Shown here: in pieces, positions 41,343 through 55,366 of the stretch
Position numbering within the stretch: position 1 is the first letter of the stretch
Layout of the letters: each line of letters begins with the position of its first letter
Source: the human T2T-CHM13v2.0 reference genome, Homo sapiens
Length of the DNA: 64,000 bases
Direction: 5' to 3' (one strand)
Assembly (NCBI RefSeq): GCF_009914755.1
Contig: NC_060932.1
Notes under the pieces: generated by a model
The model's input: only the letters and a program-made list of their open reading frames with translations
The model's database searches: none
What the model was told of the DNA's origin: nothing
Made by a program: the position numbers and the translations under genes

Positions 41343-42025
41343 ATGCTCATTGGCAAACAAAACCAGAAACAACATATATTATCTATAGTAAAATTCGTGC
41401 ATATCATAAGGCCTATTAATTTGTACTTCAACTATATGGCTCAAAGTGACATCAGGTGTGTTGGGGACAGCAAGAAGGGTGGGGCTATTCATCACAGTAG
41501 GGACAGAAAAGTCCACATGGTGCCACCCATAGGTTCTTTCAACATGAAGCTTTCCAGGAAGCAGCTTAGGTTAGGTAGACCTCAACCTAATATTTAAGAC
41601 TATCATCTAAGGCATTATTAATACTTGTGACTATTTTCTAGAGCATCACATATTATGTAATTAACAAGCAGGAATTCAGTACTGACATTTGCATTTTAGC
41701 TTAATAGTTACATTTATTACTTCTTTTCATTAAAAATGTGTGTTCTAGCAAATTCATTTTCTACCCATTCAAATAATGAGATTATATCTCATCAAAGTCC
41801 AGTCCAATTTGAACATATCTGCAAAGATATCCCCAATACATAGTGATTGGTAGAAAATATGAATAGAGGATAAAAGATGGTTTACTTTTATATAGCATGC
41901 AGGAACCATGATTTCACACGCAGTAAAATCAATCATTCTGCTTCTTCCTCACTCTTTTTAAATTGAAAGTTAGAACCAGCAAGTCATGCACCCCCCATTA
42001 GAAGCCTCACTGAAGGTCTGAGGAG

Positions 42026-42236
42026 CTAAGGCTCAAGATGGTGTGTTTTTGCCTTGACTGCTCTCAACACAGTATTCCATCTGCTATTCCTTTGTTCCAT
42101 CTGCTCTTTCTTAAACCTGTCTTGAAAAGAACAATGGCTATCATCATCCTCTGTCTCAGAGATGATCTCCATCTTCTGAATGATCAGTTTAATGAGCTCA
42201 TGCTGTTTTTCCAGGAGAAAAGTAAGATCCTTCAGC
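42026..42236 (-). CDS. TRPA1: TRPA1 exon 27 coding part (211 bp) to stop codon
   Basis: (R)LKDLTFLLEKQHELIK...ETEDDDS...KTHHLEP*; tttag acceptor; TAG at 42026-42028. Confidence 0.98.
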
Positions 42237-42894
42237 CTAAAAGGACATACACATTTCATGAATTTATTTTCAGTTCTTCTTTTAGCCCTTCTGAATGTAG
42301 GAAGGCATAGGTTTTAACCTCGGTAGTCACAATCCTTCCAGGAAACACGTATTTTTGAAGTTTAAACGATTTTTCCCAAAGTTACACTGTTAGTTCATGG
42401 CTAGTTTATTTTTGTTCCCAGTTTATAGGTAAGAAACTATTATAGAGAAAGGTTAAGCAGATTGCCCAGGGTCACAGTTATTACGTACCTAGTTGAATAG
42501 GGGTTTGAACTCAGGTACTAACTAACTGTAAAACCCTCATGCTTAACCACTGCCCACCACATAGTTACTCCAGGGATCTTCAGAAGCTTTCAGAGCTTTG
42601 CTTTATGAATTCAGATGAAGAATACAGTTTATGATACTACCTCCAAGAGAAAGGAAATCAGCATTTTAATTTTTATTCACTTATTATTGGAAGGCAAACT
42701 GATTGGTGAATAGTGGCAAATATGTTGTTGGTTCTAAAAAATGTCTCATGACTCTCAATACACTAGCTACAGCTATCAATAAAGCAAGACAATATATAAA
42801 ACAAAAACATCAATATAAAATATAATCTTACATTGTGCATTATTATTTATGAGTTTTAAATTTCTCAAGTACAGATAGAAGGAAAAATACATAC

Positions 42895-42992
42895 CGGTAT
42901 TTCTGCTTTAATATTTCCATTTCTAAAGATTTATCAGCATTTGGTATTTCTTGTCTTATTTCCCCAGTGCAAAATAAAAAACAGAATATATG
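42895..42992 (-). CDS. TRPA1: TRPA1 exon 26 (98 bp), start of coiled coil
   Basis: HIFCFLFCTGEIRQEIPNADKSLEMEILKQKY(R); gacag acceptor, GTATGT donor. Confidence 0.97.
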
Positions 42993-43439
42993 CTGTCGGA
43001 TAAAAAATAGTAGTTACTCAAATTGAATTCAATTCAGGAACTTTTTCTTAAGCATGTGCCAAAATTCAACCACCACTGGTACAAATATGCATAAGGCATA
43101 GCTATGCCCTCAAGGAACCCACAATCTGCTAGGAGAAAGAGACATGTGAAGAAAGAGCTGTGAAAGGAAGTCATACATATAATCAGAGAGAAATAAAACA
43201 TGTACAGATAAAACAGAAGAGGAGTAAATTAGGACAGAAATTGTTTAGAATGAGGCTTAGCTGAATTGTTCTATATATTTTCATGAGAAATGCCCATCAC
43301 GGAAGGTGGTATTCTATACGAGATTCATTGTTAATTATCTAAAACTGCACTGCACATTATCCAATACAACTCAACCAATCAACAAAGTTTCACCTGGAGA
43401 AATTTCAGAAATGTTATTTTAACACATTTCATTTTAATT

Positions 43440-44050
43440 TAGTATCTTTTAAACCATAGGTTGACTGGAGAGGGTCAAGGGCAGATGTGAAATGATCAAG
43501 AATGAGGTAATTCTAGGAATTCAGGCAAGAGAAAATGGTGACTTGCACAGGCCACCCAGGAAGTCAAATGGACCAGACTGAGGGGAGAAAGAAAGGGAGG
43601 GGACAGATCAAGGATGACTCCTGGGTGGCTGGATTGCACAGGCTAATGAATGGTGCTGACATTGTTGCAAGGAGGAACCAGGACTTTTTCATTTTTTCCT
43701 GTAGGGGATATGTCAGGAGAGGGTGAAACGTGAAAGCATTGAAGTTTGGTTTTGAACCTGCTGAATGTGAGGCACCTTTAAAACATGCAAGTAGAGATGT
43801 CAAGTAGGCAGCTGGATACAGGGGCCGGGAACTGAAGAGTGAGCTCTAGGATTGAGAAATCAGTTGCTGAGCATTCTGTTTCGGTAGTAATTGTAACCAT
43901 GGACATGTGTGAAATCAGTTGGAGAGATACTGTGGCGTTAGAATAAAGCCTAGACTGATACTCAGGGTGACTTTATTATTTTATGACTACACAGGGGAAA
44001 TTAACCTGAAAAGAACTCAGGAAGAACAGTCGTAGAGATGAAGGGAGCCC
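43440..44050 (-). mobile_element. L2 fragment, TRPA1 intron 25
   Basis: caaggatgactcctggg; gagatgtcaagtaggcagctggata. Confidence 0.65.
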
Positions 44051-44172
44051 AGGCATACTAAGGATTAGCAACCTGTTATTCTGGCTCTTCATATGGCCCT
44101 TCTTCCATTATAATGCAATTGTCTTGCTTAGTCTTTGATCACTTAATTACCTCATTTTCTATAGTGGATGCT

Positions 44173-44184
44173 GTGTGTGTGTGT

Positions 44185-44219
<35 letters not shown>
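44173..44219. repeat. (TG)n microsatellite
   Basis: Interrupted TG run directly abutting an LTR. Confidence 0.95.
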
Positions 44220-44221
<2 letters not shown>

Positions 44222-44597
44222 CTATGTTTAGGCTTTGTGTCCCCACCCAAATCTCATCTTGCATTATAATCCCCATAATCCCCACGTGTCAAGGGAAAGA
44301 CTGGGTGGAGGTAATTGTATCATAGGGGCGGTTTCCCCCATGCTGTTCTTGTGATAGTAAGTGAGTTCTCATGAGATCCGGTGGTTTTATAATTGTTTGG
44401 TTGTTCCTCATGCGTTCGTTCTCCTTCCTGCTGCCTGTGAAGAAGGTGCCTTGCTTCCCCTTCACCTTCCACCATGATTGCAAGTTTCCTGAGGCCTCCC
44501 CAGCCATGCGGAACTGTGAGTCAATTAAACCTCTTTCCTTTATAAGCTACCCAGTCTCGGGCAGTTCTTTATAGCAGTGTGAAAATGGATTAATACA
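44220..44597 (+). mobile_element. THE1 (THE1D-like) solo LTR, antisense to TRPA1
   Basis: ctttgtgtccccacccaaatctcatcttg ... gcagtgtgaaaatggattaataca. Confidence 0.88.
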
Positions 44598-45040
44598 TTG
44601 TATGTATAGTGTGTGTATGTGTAAATGTGTGTTCTTTATTGTGTATTCTAAACCCTTGGCTGTATATACTCACATATATATCTACACATAAATGTAAGTG
44701 ACATGTGACTAGGAAAAGCAAATAAAGTATACCTGTACTGTAAAAAAGACACTAAAAGGGTGTGGCTGGTCCCCTGCCCATCTGCTCTCACAGGGACAGC
44801 ACGCATTTAACACAGATGCTATGGATGAACCACCTGAAAGGGGAGAGCAAACGTCACCCTCCTCTCACCCAGCTCTTTCATGTCTTGGTTTAATCATATC
44901 CTTTTTTTAAAAGCACAACTCCTCTGCCCACAGGCAGAGAAGACTCAAAGTCTATAAAAGGGCCCCCTTAGGGTTAACACAATGAATGAATGTCAAACAG
45001 TGTCATGTTACTGATGTTGTTATTTGTTATGTGTACTTAC

Positions 45041-45154
45041 GAATAACATCCCACCAGATCTGGGTTTGTTGGGATACACGATGGTGGATTTCTGATCCAC
45101 TTTGCGTAGAAACCAAAGTGGCAGCTTCTTCTCTAAGCTGGTATGAAGTTCCAC
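45041..45154 (-). CDS. TRPA1: TRPA1 exon 25 (114 bp)
   Basis: VELHTSLEKKLPLWFLRKVDQKSTIVYPNKPRSGGMLF; ctttag acceptor, GTAAGT donor. Confidence 0.97.
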
Positions 45155-48100
45155 CTAAAGTGCATTTTGGATTTATTGATAGAATCATTAGTTAGTATAT
45201 GGCATTTTTATATGGCACAGAGGCAATCATTAATACAGCAAAATGAAAACTGATTTCTATGTCCTGACTTCTGTGCCACAGCTGGGCTGGCCAGGCTTTC
45301 TTATCCCCTAGCTCACAGTCACCTGCCCCTTCCTCTCACCTCACCCACTGACAGGGCAGCAATCTGCCTTGGAGTGGGAGAAGAAGGAGAGGGGGAAGTT
45401 GCTTAAAAAAGGAATTCAATTTTAGTCACTTGCTGTTTATTGTTCAGGGATAGTCACCCGATGTTTTATTGTTCAATGCTGGAGATTTAAAGAAGAAAAG
45501 GGTAGTTCATACTCTTGCGGTGTTGCAATACTACAAAATGTGCACAACTGGACAGTGTGAATGCGTGTGTGCACGTGCACACATGTATACACATCTAGGG
45601 CAGGAGAGAAGAAGGAGTGCTTAACTGGAGGAAGACAAAGGTAAGCAGTAAAAGAATTAGAACTCTCATGCTTAAGAGTATGTCATGCATTTCTCATGTC
45701 TGTGCTATCAGGTGCAAAATGGTTTCTCTATGATGAATTTTAAGTATAATTACTATTTTCAGGGATAGCAAATGAGATATTTCCTCACATTTAATTTTTT
45801 TCATTTATTTTTGCCAAATTTATCTCTGCTTTTTTACACCCCTTTGTATCTGATGTATAGGTATGTTTACTGTAACTACTTGTAACTACTAGTGAGATTT
45901 GCTTTCTAAGAACAAATACTTTCCAATATTAGTGATTTATAGCCATAAATAGTGAAATGGTAAGAACTTTCCTGACACCACTGCTTAAAATTGTGGCCCC
46001 CTCACTGTCCCCCAAATGACTTTCCCCCATGTGGCTTCCTTGCTATTTTTATAGCACTTATCACCATTTAACATACTGTGCATTAGTTCCAGCTTCAAGA
46101 AAAGCTATGTTTTCTTGTATTTTATTAATAATACCAGTTAAATATTTTCACTGATTTTCTATAATAATTTCTAGGGTTCCTTTTTTCCCCTTTGCTCTTT
46201 AGGGTGATATCACTTTCCTCTTCCCATACATATAGTTTTAGAGGTCACATACTATTTCCTCACACTTGATTGAAAAAGATTTACTCAAGCTCAATGTTTG
46301 CCAACAGATAAAATACATAGTGTGTCTTACACTGTTCATTATCTACATAGGTCCCTCAAAGATGGTCCTGGGGGAGGTTGGCAAGCAAAGCCCCAAGTCC
46401 AGTGTGGGTCAGGTGGGACCCACTGAGCCTGGCACCACTGGGCTCAGGGAGCATCTTTACCTCCTCTAACTGGTGGGGTTTCCATGTTGAAGGGTAAGAT
46501 GCACGCTGCGGATTTCCCTTTCTAATTTGCAGTGGAGATATAAATGTTTATGGACTGTCTGCAGCTGCCAAAACTGTGGTGGAAAGTGGAGATACCAACA
46601 TTTAAAAATACCCAAACAGCTTCAAGCCCCTCAAAATACTCATAACACCTGCCCCTGAAGAACTGACAGTCCCCATAAAGAACCCATCTCCCAGCATGCA
46701 TTGTCCCAAGGCCTGTCTCCACTTCCCTTCGAGATGATTCTATGAGAGAACTAAATGGCCCTGTCAGAAATGTGTGCTACTTGTCCAGTTCTGCTCACAG
46801 TTCTGCCATGGGCTCAGACATAGGTTTCAGAATGGATGCAGAGAGTTGCTTAAGAAACAACTCAGGAGAAGTAGGAGAATGGCTTCCCGGTTTTCCAGGC
46901 GATGCTGTTTTTGATCCAAAACAAGGCATAGAAAATATGGGGGGTACTAGGATTTGTGCCATTGACTGTCAGGGAGCATAGTAAACAATATAGGTTTGTG
47001 CTTTTCAGCTCAACCCCACTGACACTTTAGTTCAGTAAGCTTCCCCAATTTTGCTTGTATTATTGTTTTTATCTATTCCCCAGGGTATTTTAAAGAGCTG
47101 TTAGGGCAGTTATGAGGTATTGCTGACATACCTGCCAAGAGGTTTATACATCTCCTCTCCATATCCATACACCTGGAGTCCTAAACACCATCTTTGTGAC
47201 AGTAATAACCTGCCATTAGCTTTTCCTGCCTTCAATCTTTCCTCACTAAACCAAGATAATAACAGATCACTATAAACACCATTTTCATTGCAGAAGGGCT
47301 GATAATAACTCTCCACTAACTTACAAAATAACTTGAAGCACTTCATCATTTAGTGCCCTTTGCTAAGGTTTTTCTTTGCTGGTTTTGAATAAACCCCCCT
47401 ATCATCTGCAGCAATCTAATCACCCACTAACATGAATGATCCTTCCAGGCAAAGGGGCCTTGGGCCAGTGCCTTGGCCATTTTCCCTGGTTCTGATGTGG
47501 CCCTTTGCTCTTGCTGGCCCCTCCTTTCACGACGGTATCGATGTCCTGTTAAATCCCAACCATCTTTCAACACTGACTCATCTCACCCCCTCCATGTTGC
47601 ATTCTCTTAATTATTTTTGCATTTTTTCCTGTACCTGATCCTGTGTTTGTTCTCTAAGTGTTCCAATCGCTCTGTGTCTCTGTATAATATACAGCCATGT
47701 CATAGAGCATAGAATTTATGAATGGTTCTCAGTTGATTTTTGATATTTAATTCTATGAATACCTAGCTGGTGTGCTAAGTAGGCATAGTTGACTTAATAG
47801 TCAGGGATCACATCCCTCTGTTTCCTCTGGGCTCTCATGATAAGTTGTACTGGACTTTGTACATACTATGTATTGAAACATTGTTTTCAATAAATAAATG
47901 TTAGTGTGTGGCTGAATGAATAACAGAGAAGAAAGAATTTGGACAAATAAAAGTGAAGAGGAGACAAGAGTGAATAGAAAGTTATATCATAACATGATTT
48001 TTCTCTCTCTCAAACTGGCCAAAGTTTCTGAATGCGTATAGTCAACTGGTCACCAAATATCCTCGAAGCATCAAAAGTGCCCATGTGAATTTGAAATTTA

Positions 48101-48634
48101 AAGACAATCCAGTGAAGAGCATAAAAATAACTTTGTGTTGTATGACAGGAAGGCACCTCACAAGATTCAATAGCCAAATACCTAGCCAGGAAACTTTGAC
48201 ACCAAATTTTACATCAAATTGTCTATAAAAATGAGAGAGATGTCACAAGAGAACAAAACCTCATGGATGCAGTTAAAACTTCAACATAAATCATGCTGTG
48301 GGGACCCTGTGATTCCCTGCACAAAATATAAGGAGCTCCTTTGAACAGCGGGGCTAGGATGCCAGTGATGCTCTTGATCAAGCAGCTAGCTACCTGGGTG
48401 GCCACATTTTAACATAACAAAAGATGCTCAGGCAATTTCTCAATTTCTCTAAGATTGTTCTCGGACATTTTTTTGTATCAACTTTGATTAGAGCAGGTAT
48501 ACCAGGTAACATGCAAACAGACACAGGATGTGACTCCTCAGGATTAAGAAGGTATCCATGCTAAGTAACTGTGCTCTTTAAAAAGGAAGTAACGATAATG
48601 GTGTTAATTCCAGTAAGTTTAAATAAACGTGATG

Positions 48635-48974
48635 CAGACAATACCTAACTTAGGTTGGTTTGACTCATGATTTTTGACTTTATGATGTGTGAAAGTGATG
48701 CATATTCAGTAGAATCTGTACTTCAAATTTTAAACTTTGATCTGTTCTGGGCTAGCAGTATGTGGTATTCTCCTGGGATGCCGGGCAGTGGCAGCGAGGA
48801 ACAGAACCCAGTCAGCCACATGATCAGGAGGGTAAATGGCACATACTTTACAGTGTAAGTAGTATAAATTTATAACTGGCATATTCCTACAAAATGCCCA
48901 TTTTTGACTTGTAATATTTTTAACTTATTGTGGGTTTACCAGAAGATAACACTGTAATAAGTGGGGAGGCACTG
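48635..48974 (-). mobile_element. MER47/Tigger5-family element abutting the exon 24 donor
   Basis: Minus strand CAGTGCCTCCCCACTTA...GTAAACCCACAATAAGTTAAAAATATTACAAGTCAAAAATG aligns with the start of the MER47 copy at 7419. Confidence 0.75.
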
Positions 48975-48981
48975 CACTTAC

Positions 48982-49050
48982 CTGCATAGCTATCCTCTTC
49001 AATGATGCATGTTTCTGGACCTCAGCAATGTCGCCAACTGCCAAACCAAT
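48982..49050 (-). CDS. TRPA1: TRPA1 exon 24 (69 bp), end of S6 and start of TRP-like helix
   Basis: IGLAVGDIAEVQKHASLKRIAMQ; ttcag acceptor, GTAAGT donor. Not in the ORF track. Confidence 0.97.
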
Positions 49051-49115
49051 CTGAATTATGACACAAAATTAAATCACTACAGTTGAATGGTCCACCTAAA
49101 AATGCATGTAAGGTC

Positions 49116-49481
49116 TGTCTTAGTCCATTCAGACTGCTGTGACAAAATATTTTAGTCTGGGTAGTGTATAAATAGCATAAGTTAATTGCTTATGGTTCTG
49201 CAGGCTGGGAAGTCCAAAATAAAGACTCGGGCAGAACTGGTTTCTGGTAAGAACCCATTCCTCATAGGTGGCACCTTCTATGTGTTCCCATATGGCAGAA
49301 AGGCAAAGGAGCTAATAAGCTCCCTCATAGCTCTTTTATAAGGGAACTAATTCCATTCATGAGGGCTCTCCCCTCATGGCCTAATCACCTCCCAAAGGCC
49401 CCACCTTCTAATGCCATCTTCTTGGTGATTAGGTTTCTATACATACATTTTGGATGGGACATAAAAATTGAAATCATAGCA
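49116..49481 (-). mobile_element. MST-family MaLR solo LTR
   Basis: tgtcttagtcc ... atcatagca; TSD aggtc/aggcc. Confidence 0.82.
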
Positions 49482-50377
49482 AGGCCTCTGTGGCTAAAGT
49501 GGGAGACTGGGCATATAATCTACTAGTAGTAGCTGCAGAATACTTTGGTAATACACCTTACAGAAAACTACAAGGCCTATATACCTCTGCAACGATGATG
49601 GCCACATTCAGAGGTTCAGTACTCTTAAGTGTTATGAAAACTTAAGACATACAAATTAATCCAAAATTCATTTCATTTAAGATAAAAATCTGTTTTTTTT
49701 AAATGAGAGGGATGATGTGATATCACATGCAATTGGGTGTGGCCACACAACATGGTGGGAAACTCCAGGAGTTTAGTAACTAAGGTAGACAAGAGTGATT
49801 TAACAACATGGAAACAAATACTAAACTGAGAGAATGATACATTTTATATCTTACATATGTTCAGAAGGAAAACATATACTATAGGGGCAGGAGAGGCTCT
49901 GGTGAGAAACCAGAAATTTATGGCTAGATAGAATTAGCTGGGGGGAAGCTGTTAGCTCAGTTCTACTCAATCTGATGAAATTAGCTCATTTCACTCATCC
50001 ATTTATTTTCTGGTACTTAGTTCCTGCCTTTGCTGAGCCAGCATCTTGCATGCTGCACCAGAAAGAAAAGTCAGTGACTGCTCTTGGGGAGCTCAAAGTC
50101 CAGTAAGCTCTATGAGACAAGGGATCTGTCAAGGTCTCCACTGTATGCCCAGTGCTTAGTATAGAGCAGGGTACATAATAGGTAAACAAAACAGTCACAG
50201 AATGAATGAAGACAGGGAGAATATATTCTAGGGCTTGAAAACTAGCACTGAGAACTGGATATAGTCAGGAAATAGGTTTCACTGGACAGGATAATATTGT
50301 TTTGGTTTTTAATTTGCAAGTGTTCAGATGGGTGTTCTCTCCAATTTACATTGACCTCCATCAAAACCAACCATCTC

Positions 50378-50725
<348 letters not shown>

Positions 50726-52724
50726 AAAACTAACCATTTCATACCTGCTGCTTCACATATTTTAGATACATTTTTGGGCTCTGAAGACATTTGAGCTTAT
50801 AAGCCATAGAAGAGATGAATTATTAACTTTTGATGGTCACTAACATTTATCAAATGCTTATCATGTGCCAAGTACTATTTTAAGTCCCTTGTATTAGCTC
50901 ATTTAATCTATACAATAATCTAGGAAGTAGGTTTTATTATTATTAAATGTTTGTATCCTCAAAACTATGGTAACACAAGGAAAGAACATCCAATAGAGTT
51001 AGTTAATTGGAGAGGGGTGGTGGTTAAGGAAGTCTGACCTGAAGAAATGATACTTCAGCTGAGTTTTGAAATCTTAGAGCTAACCCATGGTGGGACGTTT
51101 TTCAGGCAAAAGGAAGAGCCTGTACAGAGTCTAGGCAGCATGAAGGAAAGTGTGGCACAATCATGGAGTGTGCATTTCTGGGTAAATCCTGGGAACAGTG
51201 AGGCGTTGGGAAAGATCTTGGTAAGATCCAGCTCACAGGGACCTTTGCTTGCTATGCTGATGGGTTTGGACTGAATTAAAGCTTTTGAAGAGGCATGGAA
51301 AATATTTTTAAAAGCCACTGATGTGTTCAGTTTTTCATTAGCAGAGCATCACTATGGTGGCCATTTGTAGGAAAAATTAGACAAAGCAGTGTGATACGAT
51401 AGAGATGCTCTTGAGGCTGCTGCAGCAATTTGGATGAGGAACTATGGCAGTCCAAGCCAACCGGAAGCAGATGTGACAGCCAAAGAATTATTGAAAGAAC
51501 TGAGGAAAAACGTGGGAGAGTGAAATAGAGACTATCTGCCAATGATCTTAGTAGGATGACTAGGAGATTCTACTGAGAGGCAGTGGAGATTCTGAAGGAA
51601 AGATAACATTAGTCTTGGCTCTGTTGGTTTTGATTTTCCTCCAGGATATCCAGGTAGAGATGCACAGCGGGCGCTGGATGTTTGGATCTTCAGAATGGGG
51701 CCAACCTGTACTACTGCTAAGCCCAATTCTCTTCTGGATAATTATCTTCCAAAGCATAAACAATTATTGGAGAACAATGTGGGCTTTATGTCATTCTCCG
51801 TTATTCCTATTGCCATCCTTTCTTTTTCTAGGTCACCAAAATAAAACTCTGGAGATGTATCAAATAATTGAATCAAAATACTCACACATCTGCATAATTT
51901 TTTTTCCTTTCCAAAAGCACTGCCTAGTACAGTCTCTGGTACATAGTCAGACTCAGAGAAATTGTGTGGAATATGTGCATGCGTGCATAAATGGATAAAG
52001 GAAAAACAGGCACAACGATGCCAATAAGGGCTCCCCATGGACCTGGAATGGGATGCACCTTTGCCTGCATCAGCCAACGTGCTCATGCCTTGAGCAGATT
52101 CTGTAGAGAATTCCATGTGGAAGGGCACTCTAATGTCTGCTGATAGTGTCTAGGCTTTGACTGGGTTCAAGGCGGCATCTGAACGTCGCAGATGCCCTCT
52201 GCATGAGAGACTTCCCCACTTGAATCTCTGGTCAATGGTAAGTTCGAGCATAGAGATATGTTCCATAAAGGTCTCTGCCTAAACTCTGACCCCCTCTCCA
52301 ACTCCAAAACATCACACACCTTCATCTTTATTGCCTTTCCCTGCTTCTTATTTCTTCATAGCATTTATCAACCCCATGACATTATGCTACACAGTTATTT
52401 ATTACCTAAATTCCTGACTGTTTGTAATCACACTGAGACTGAATATTGGTCTGCTTTCTTCATCACTGGTTCCTAGAACTTGTAACAGTTGCTGGCATTT
52501 GGTAGATCCTTGGTATTTGCCAAGTGCATGCATCTTTGCACGCCCTGAGCCTCTTGATGTGCCTGGTGCTTCCCAGGCACCAAGTGAGTGTTGAACGAAT
52601 AGATTTTGTAGTAGATCCTTCCTGATCTCCCCAGTGGAGGAAGATTAAAGAAGTTAAAAATGATTATCATTATAAAATGTTTCAAATGATCAACAAACAG
52701 AAAATATAAGAAAAAACTACTTAC

Positions 52725-52907
52725 AAGTAAATTCATGAGGACAATTGGGACAAATATTGTGAAGGAAACAAGTTGTGCAAAGGACAGAACTGGATGTGCC
52801 AATTCATTTCTCAGATATGGTTCTAGGAAGGACTCTCGATAATTGATATCTCCTAGCATCATGCTGAAGGTCTGGATTATAGAAAGCAATGGAGAGCTGA
52901 AGGGATC
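52725..52907 (-). CDS. TRPA1: TRPA1 exon 23 (183 bp), pore helices, selectivity filter and S6
   Basis: DPFSSPLLSIIQTFSMMLGDINYRE...VPIVLMNLL; ttcag acceptor, GTAAGT donor. Confidence 0.98.
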
Positions 52908-53328
52908 CTGAAAGCAGACGGTGAGGTACAAATGAAATGCAAAGTTTCTACAATGAAAAAGTGTTTCCTGGAGGTAGAATGATAAAAACTATATTCAGAA
53001 TACTTTTTTAAAGTCATAGGCATATAGCTGTTGAAATGCAGTGATAAAATATAGTAAACATGGTAAAGTCATCAAAAATATGTTATCTGCATAAATAATA
53101 AATCATCTGTGTTGTACATAAACTTTTTGACAATGGACAAAGTTGCTTAACACGACTATACTTTTTTCTGCAATAAACGTCATTTGAAAGATATAGGAGA
53201 TAAAAACTAAAGTATTTGAATACTGTTGTTATGTAATTATGCATTTTCTAGACTATTTAGATTTAAATATAAATATATATTTCCATAATTCACAGCGACA
53301 AAATCAACTACTGATGTAACTGTCTTAC

Positions 53329-53458
53329 CTGTAAATTCAGGAGGATGTAAAAGCTGAGTCCAAAAGCCAGAAGAAGGAAGATAAATACAACTGTAGACCT
53401 CAACAAAGTTTTCAAAATTACCTCCAACATAACAATAAAAATTCCACAATTTTCAAAT
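53329..53458 (-). CDS. TRPA1: TRPA1 exon 22 (130 bp), S4-S5 linker and S5
   Basis: (R)FENCGIFIVMLEVILKTLLRSTVVFIFLLLAFGLSFYILLNLQ; ctag acceptor, GTAAGA donor. Confidence 0.98.
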
Positions 53459-53610
53459 CTAGAAAAGTAAAAAAAAAAAAATTTACTCACTTTTATAGTC
53501 AAAGTGTATTCATTCAGTGACAATATTTATCATGTATTAAACCAGGTATTAGATTTCACAGATGAGATCACTGAGGCCAGTTATTTTGAAAAAGAAAACA
53601 TAAGAATTAA

Positions 53611-53924
<314 letters not shown>

Positions 53925-54912
53925 TAATGTTACCTTAAATCATTTTACCACTTGACAACTGGACATTACTTCAACTGAAGTAGGAGAGAAAAATAATAGC
54001 TTCTCAATATCAAAGAAAATGCTGCCAAATGCTTAATAAAGAAATTAGAGAGATAAATTGTGTGCTGCATCATGCAGAGACTGAGTTTGTGAACTGGAAG
54101 TCACCTAATGCAGGGCACACACTACATGATTTGCATTTTATCCTCACCATCTCCTTCGGTTTTCTTTTCTACCCCCTGCATCCTATATTGTGAAATGTTT
54201 GGATAGATAATGGGTGTGTCATCTGGCCTCTAACTTGTAGTCTGCCTTTGACAAAGATGACTTATTAAATGAGGAACTTACAAGATTCTAAAGCTGAAAG
54301 GGACTTCAGCGAAATTCACAGAGACATATATAGTGACTCAGCAAGGCCACTAATAATGACAGAGCCAAGGGTGTGACAGTGCCTGAACCTGTCTTAAATC
54401 CTATTTCTGGGCCACTGCCTTTCTCACCATACCACGTACTCTCCAAGGGGCGGCACTCAACTCTATCACTGTGCTTATGACACAGCAATGCAGAAGATAT
54501 ATGGTGAAAAAAACATGCTTCCTGGAGTCAGAAAGACTTTGGGTAAATACCTGTATCCTGACTGACTAGCTGAGATCTTCAGCAAGTTACTGAAATCAGT
54601 GCTTCAGCTTCTTCTTTTAGAGAATGCAGATAATAACATTGGCCTTGTTATTGGAAAGATTATGTGAAATAACATGAAACTCAACATTACCAACTGTCAG
54701 AGGCCCGGGAACTCAGGCTTTTTTCCCTGTCTAGAATTAGATTCTTTGGGCTTATTTTTTCTTTTATACCACTTCAATTCCCCATACTATCCATCAGTTC
54801 ATTTTGAGTGTTTTAATTCAAAGTAAATGCTTACAAAATAATATCAGGTAAAACAAGAATAGCCAATACTTTTAATATTTACTCCCCCTGTTTAGTCCAG
54901 ATTTGTCTAGAC

Positions 54913-55100
54913 CAGTGTTCTTGACCTGGGCTCATTTGGCACACAGGGAACATCTGGCATTGTCTGCATTCATTTTTGGTTGTCATAACTGGACTGGGGT
55001 GGATGCTACTGGTATCTAGTGGGTAGAAGCCAGGAGCCAGGAATGCTGCTAAGCAATTTACGATATACAAGACAGTCCCCCTCCACAAAAAAAAAAAAAA

Positions 55101-55132
<32 letters not shown>

Positions 55133-55182
55133 AAGAATTATCTGGCTACAAAGTTCAATAGTGCCAAGTGTGAGAAACCCTG
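54913..55182 (+). mobile_element. MER20 (hAT-Charlie) with internal A23(GAA)7
   Basis: tttttggttgtcataactgg, ggtatctagtgggtagaagccagg, aatagtgccaagtgtgagaaaccctg. Confidence 0.85.
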
Positions 55183-55366
55183 ATCTTCATTCTGAACTCT
55201 GGAACCATGCTCCAGCCTTTCCTTAATAGGGTATACAAAAATTCTTCATATTTTGAAACAACTGGAAAAGGAATAAGCCAGTTTTAAATTTACACCAGGT
55301 ACAATAGTTTTTCTTTTGATATTAAAAATGCTTAAAGGATGTGGAAATAATTCAAGCTTGTTTTAC

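Larger units (their letters stand above)
40365..42025 (-). other. TRPA1: TRPA1 3' UTR (long form)
   Basis: Follows the stop; minus-strand AATAAA at 41713-41718, 41337-41342 and 40385-40390. The distal end is inferred from the last signal. Confidence 0.75.

Noticed and set aside
46424-46448. Short hairpin ctgagcc...ggctcag in intron 24
   Set aside because: A 7-bp perfect stem is not significant and there are no ncRNA hallmarks.
52473-52931. 152-aa ORF as a stand-alone gene
   Set aside because: It is TRPA1 exon 23 plus intronic read-through; the same applies to ORFs at 42026, 53308, 55363 and 57914.
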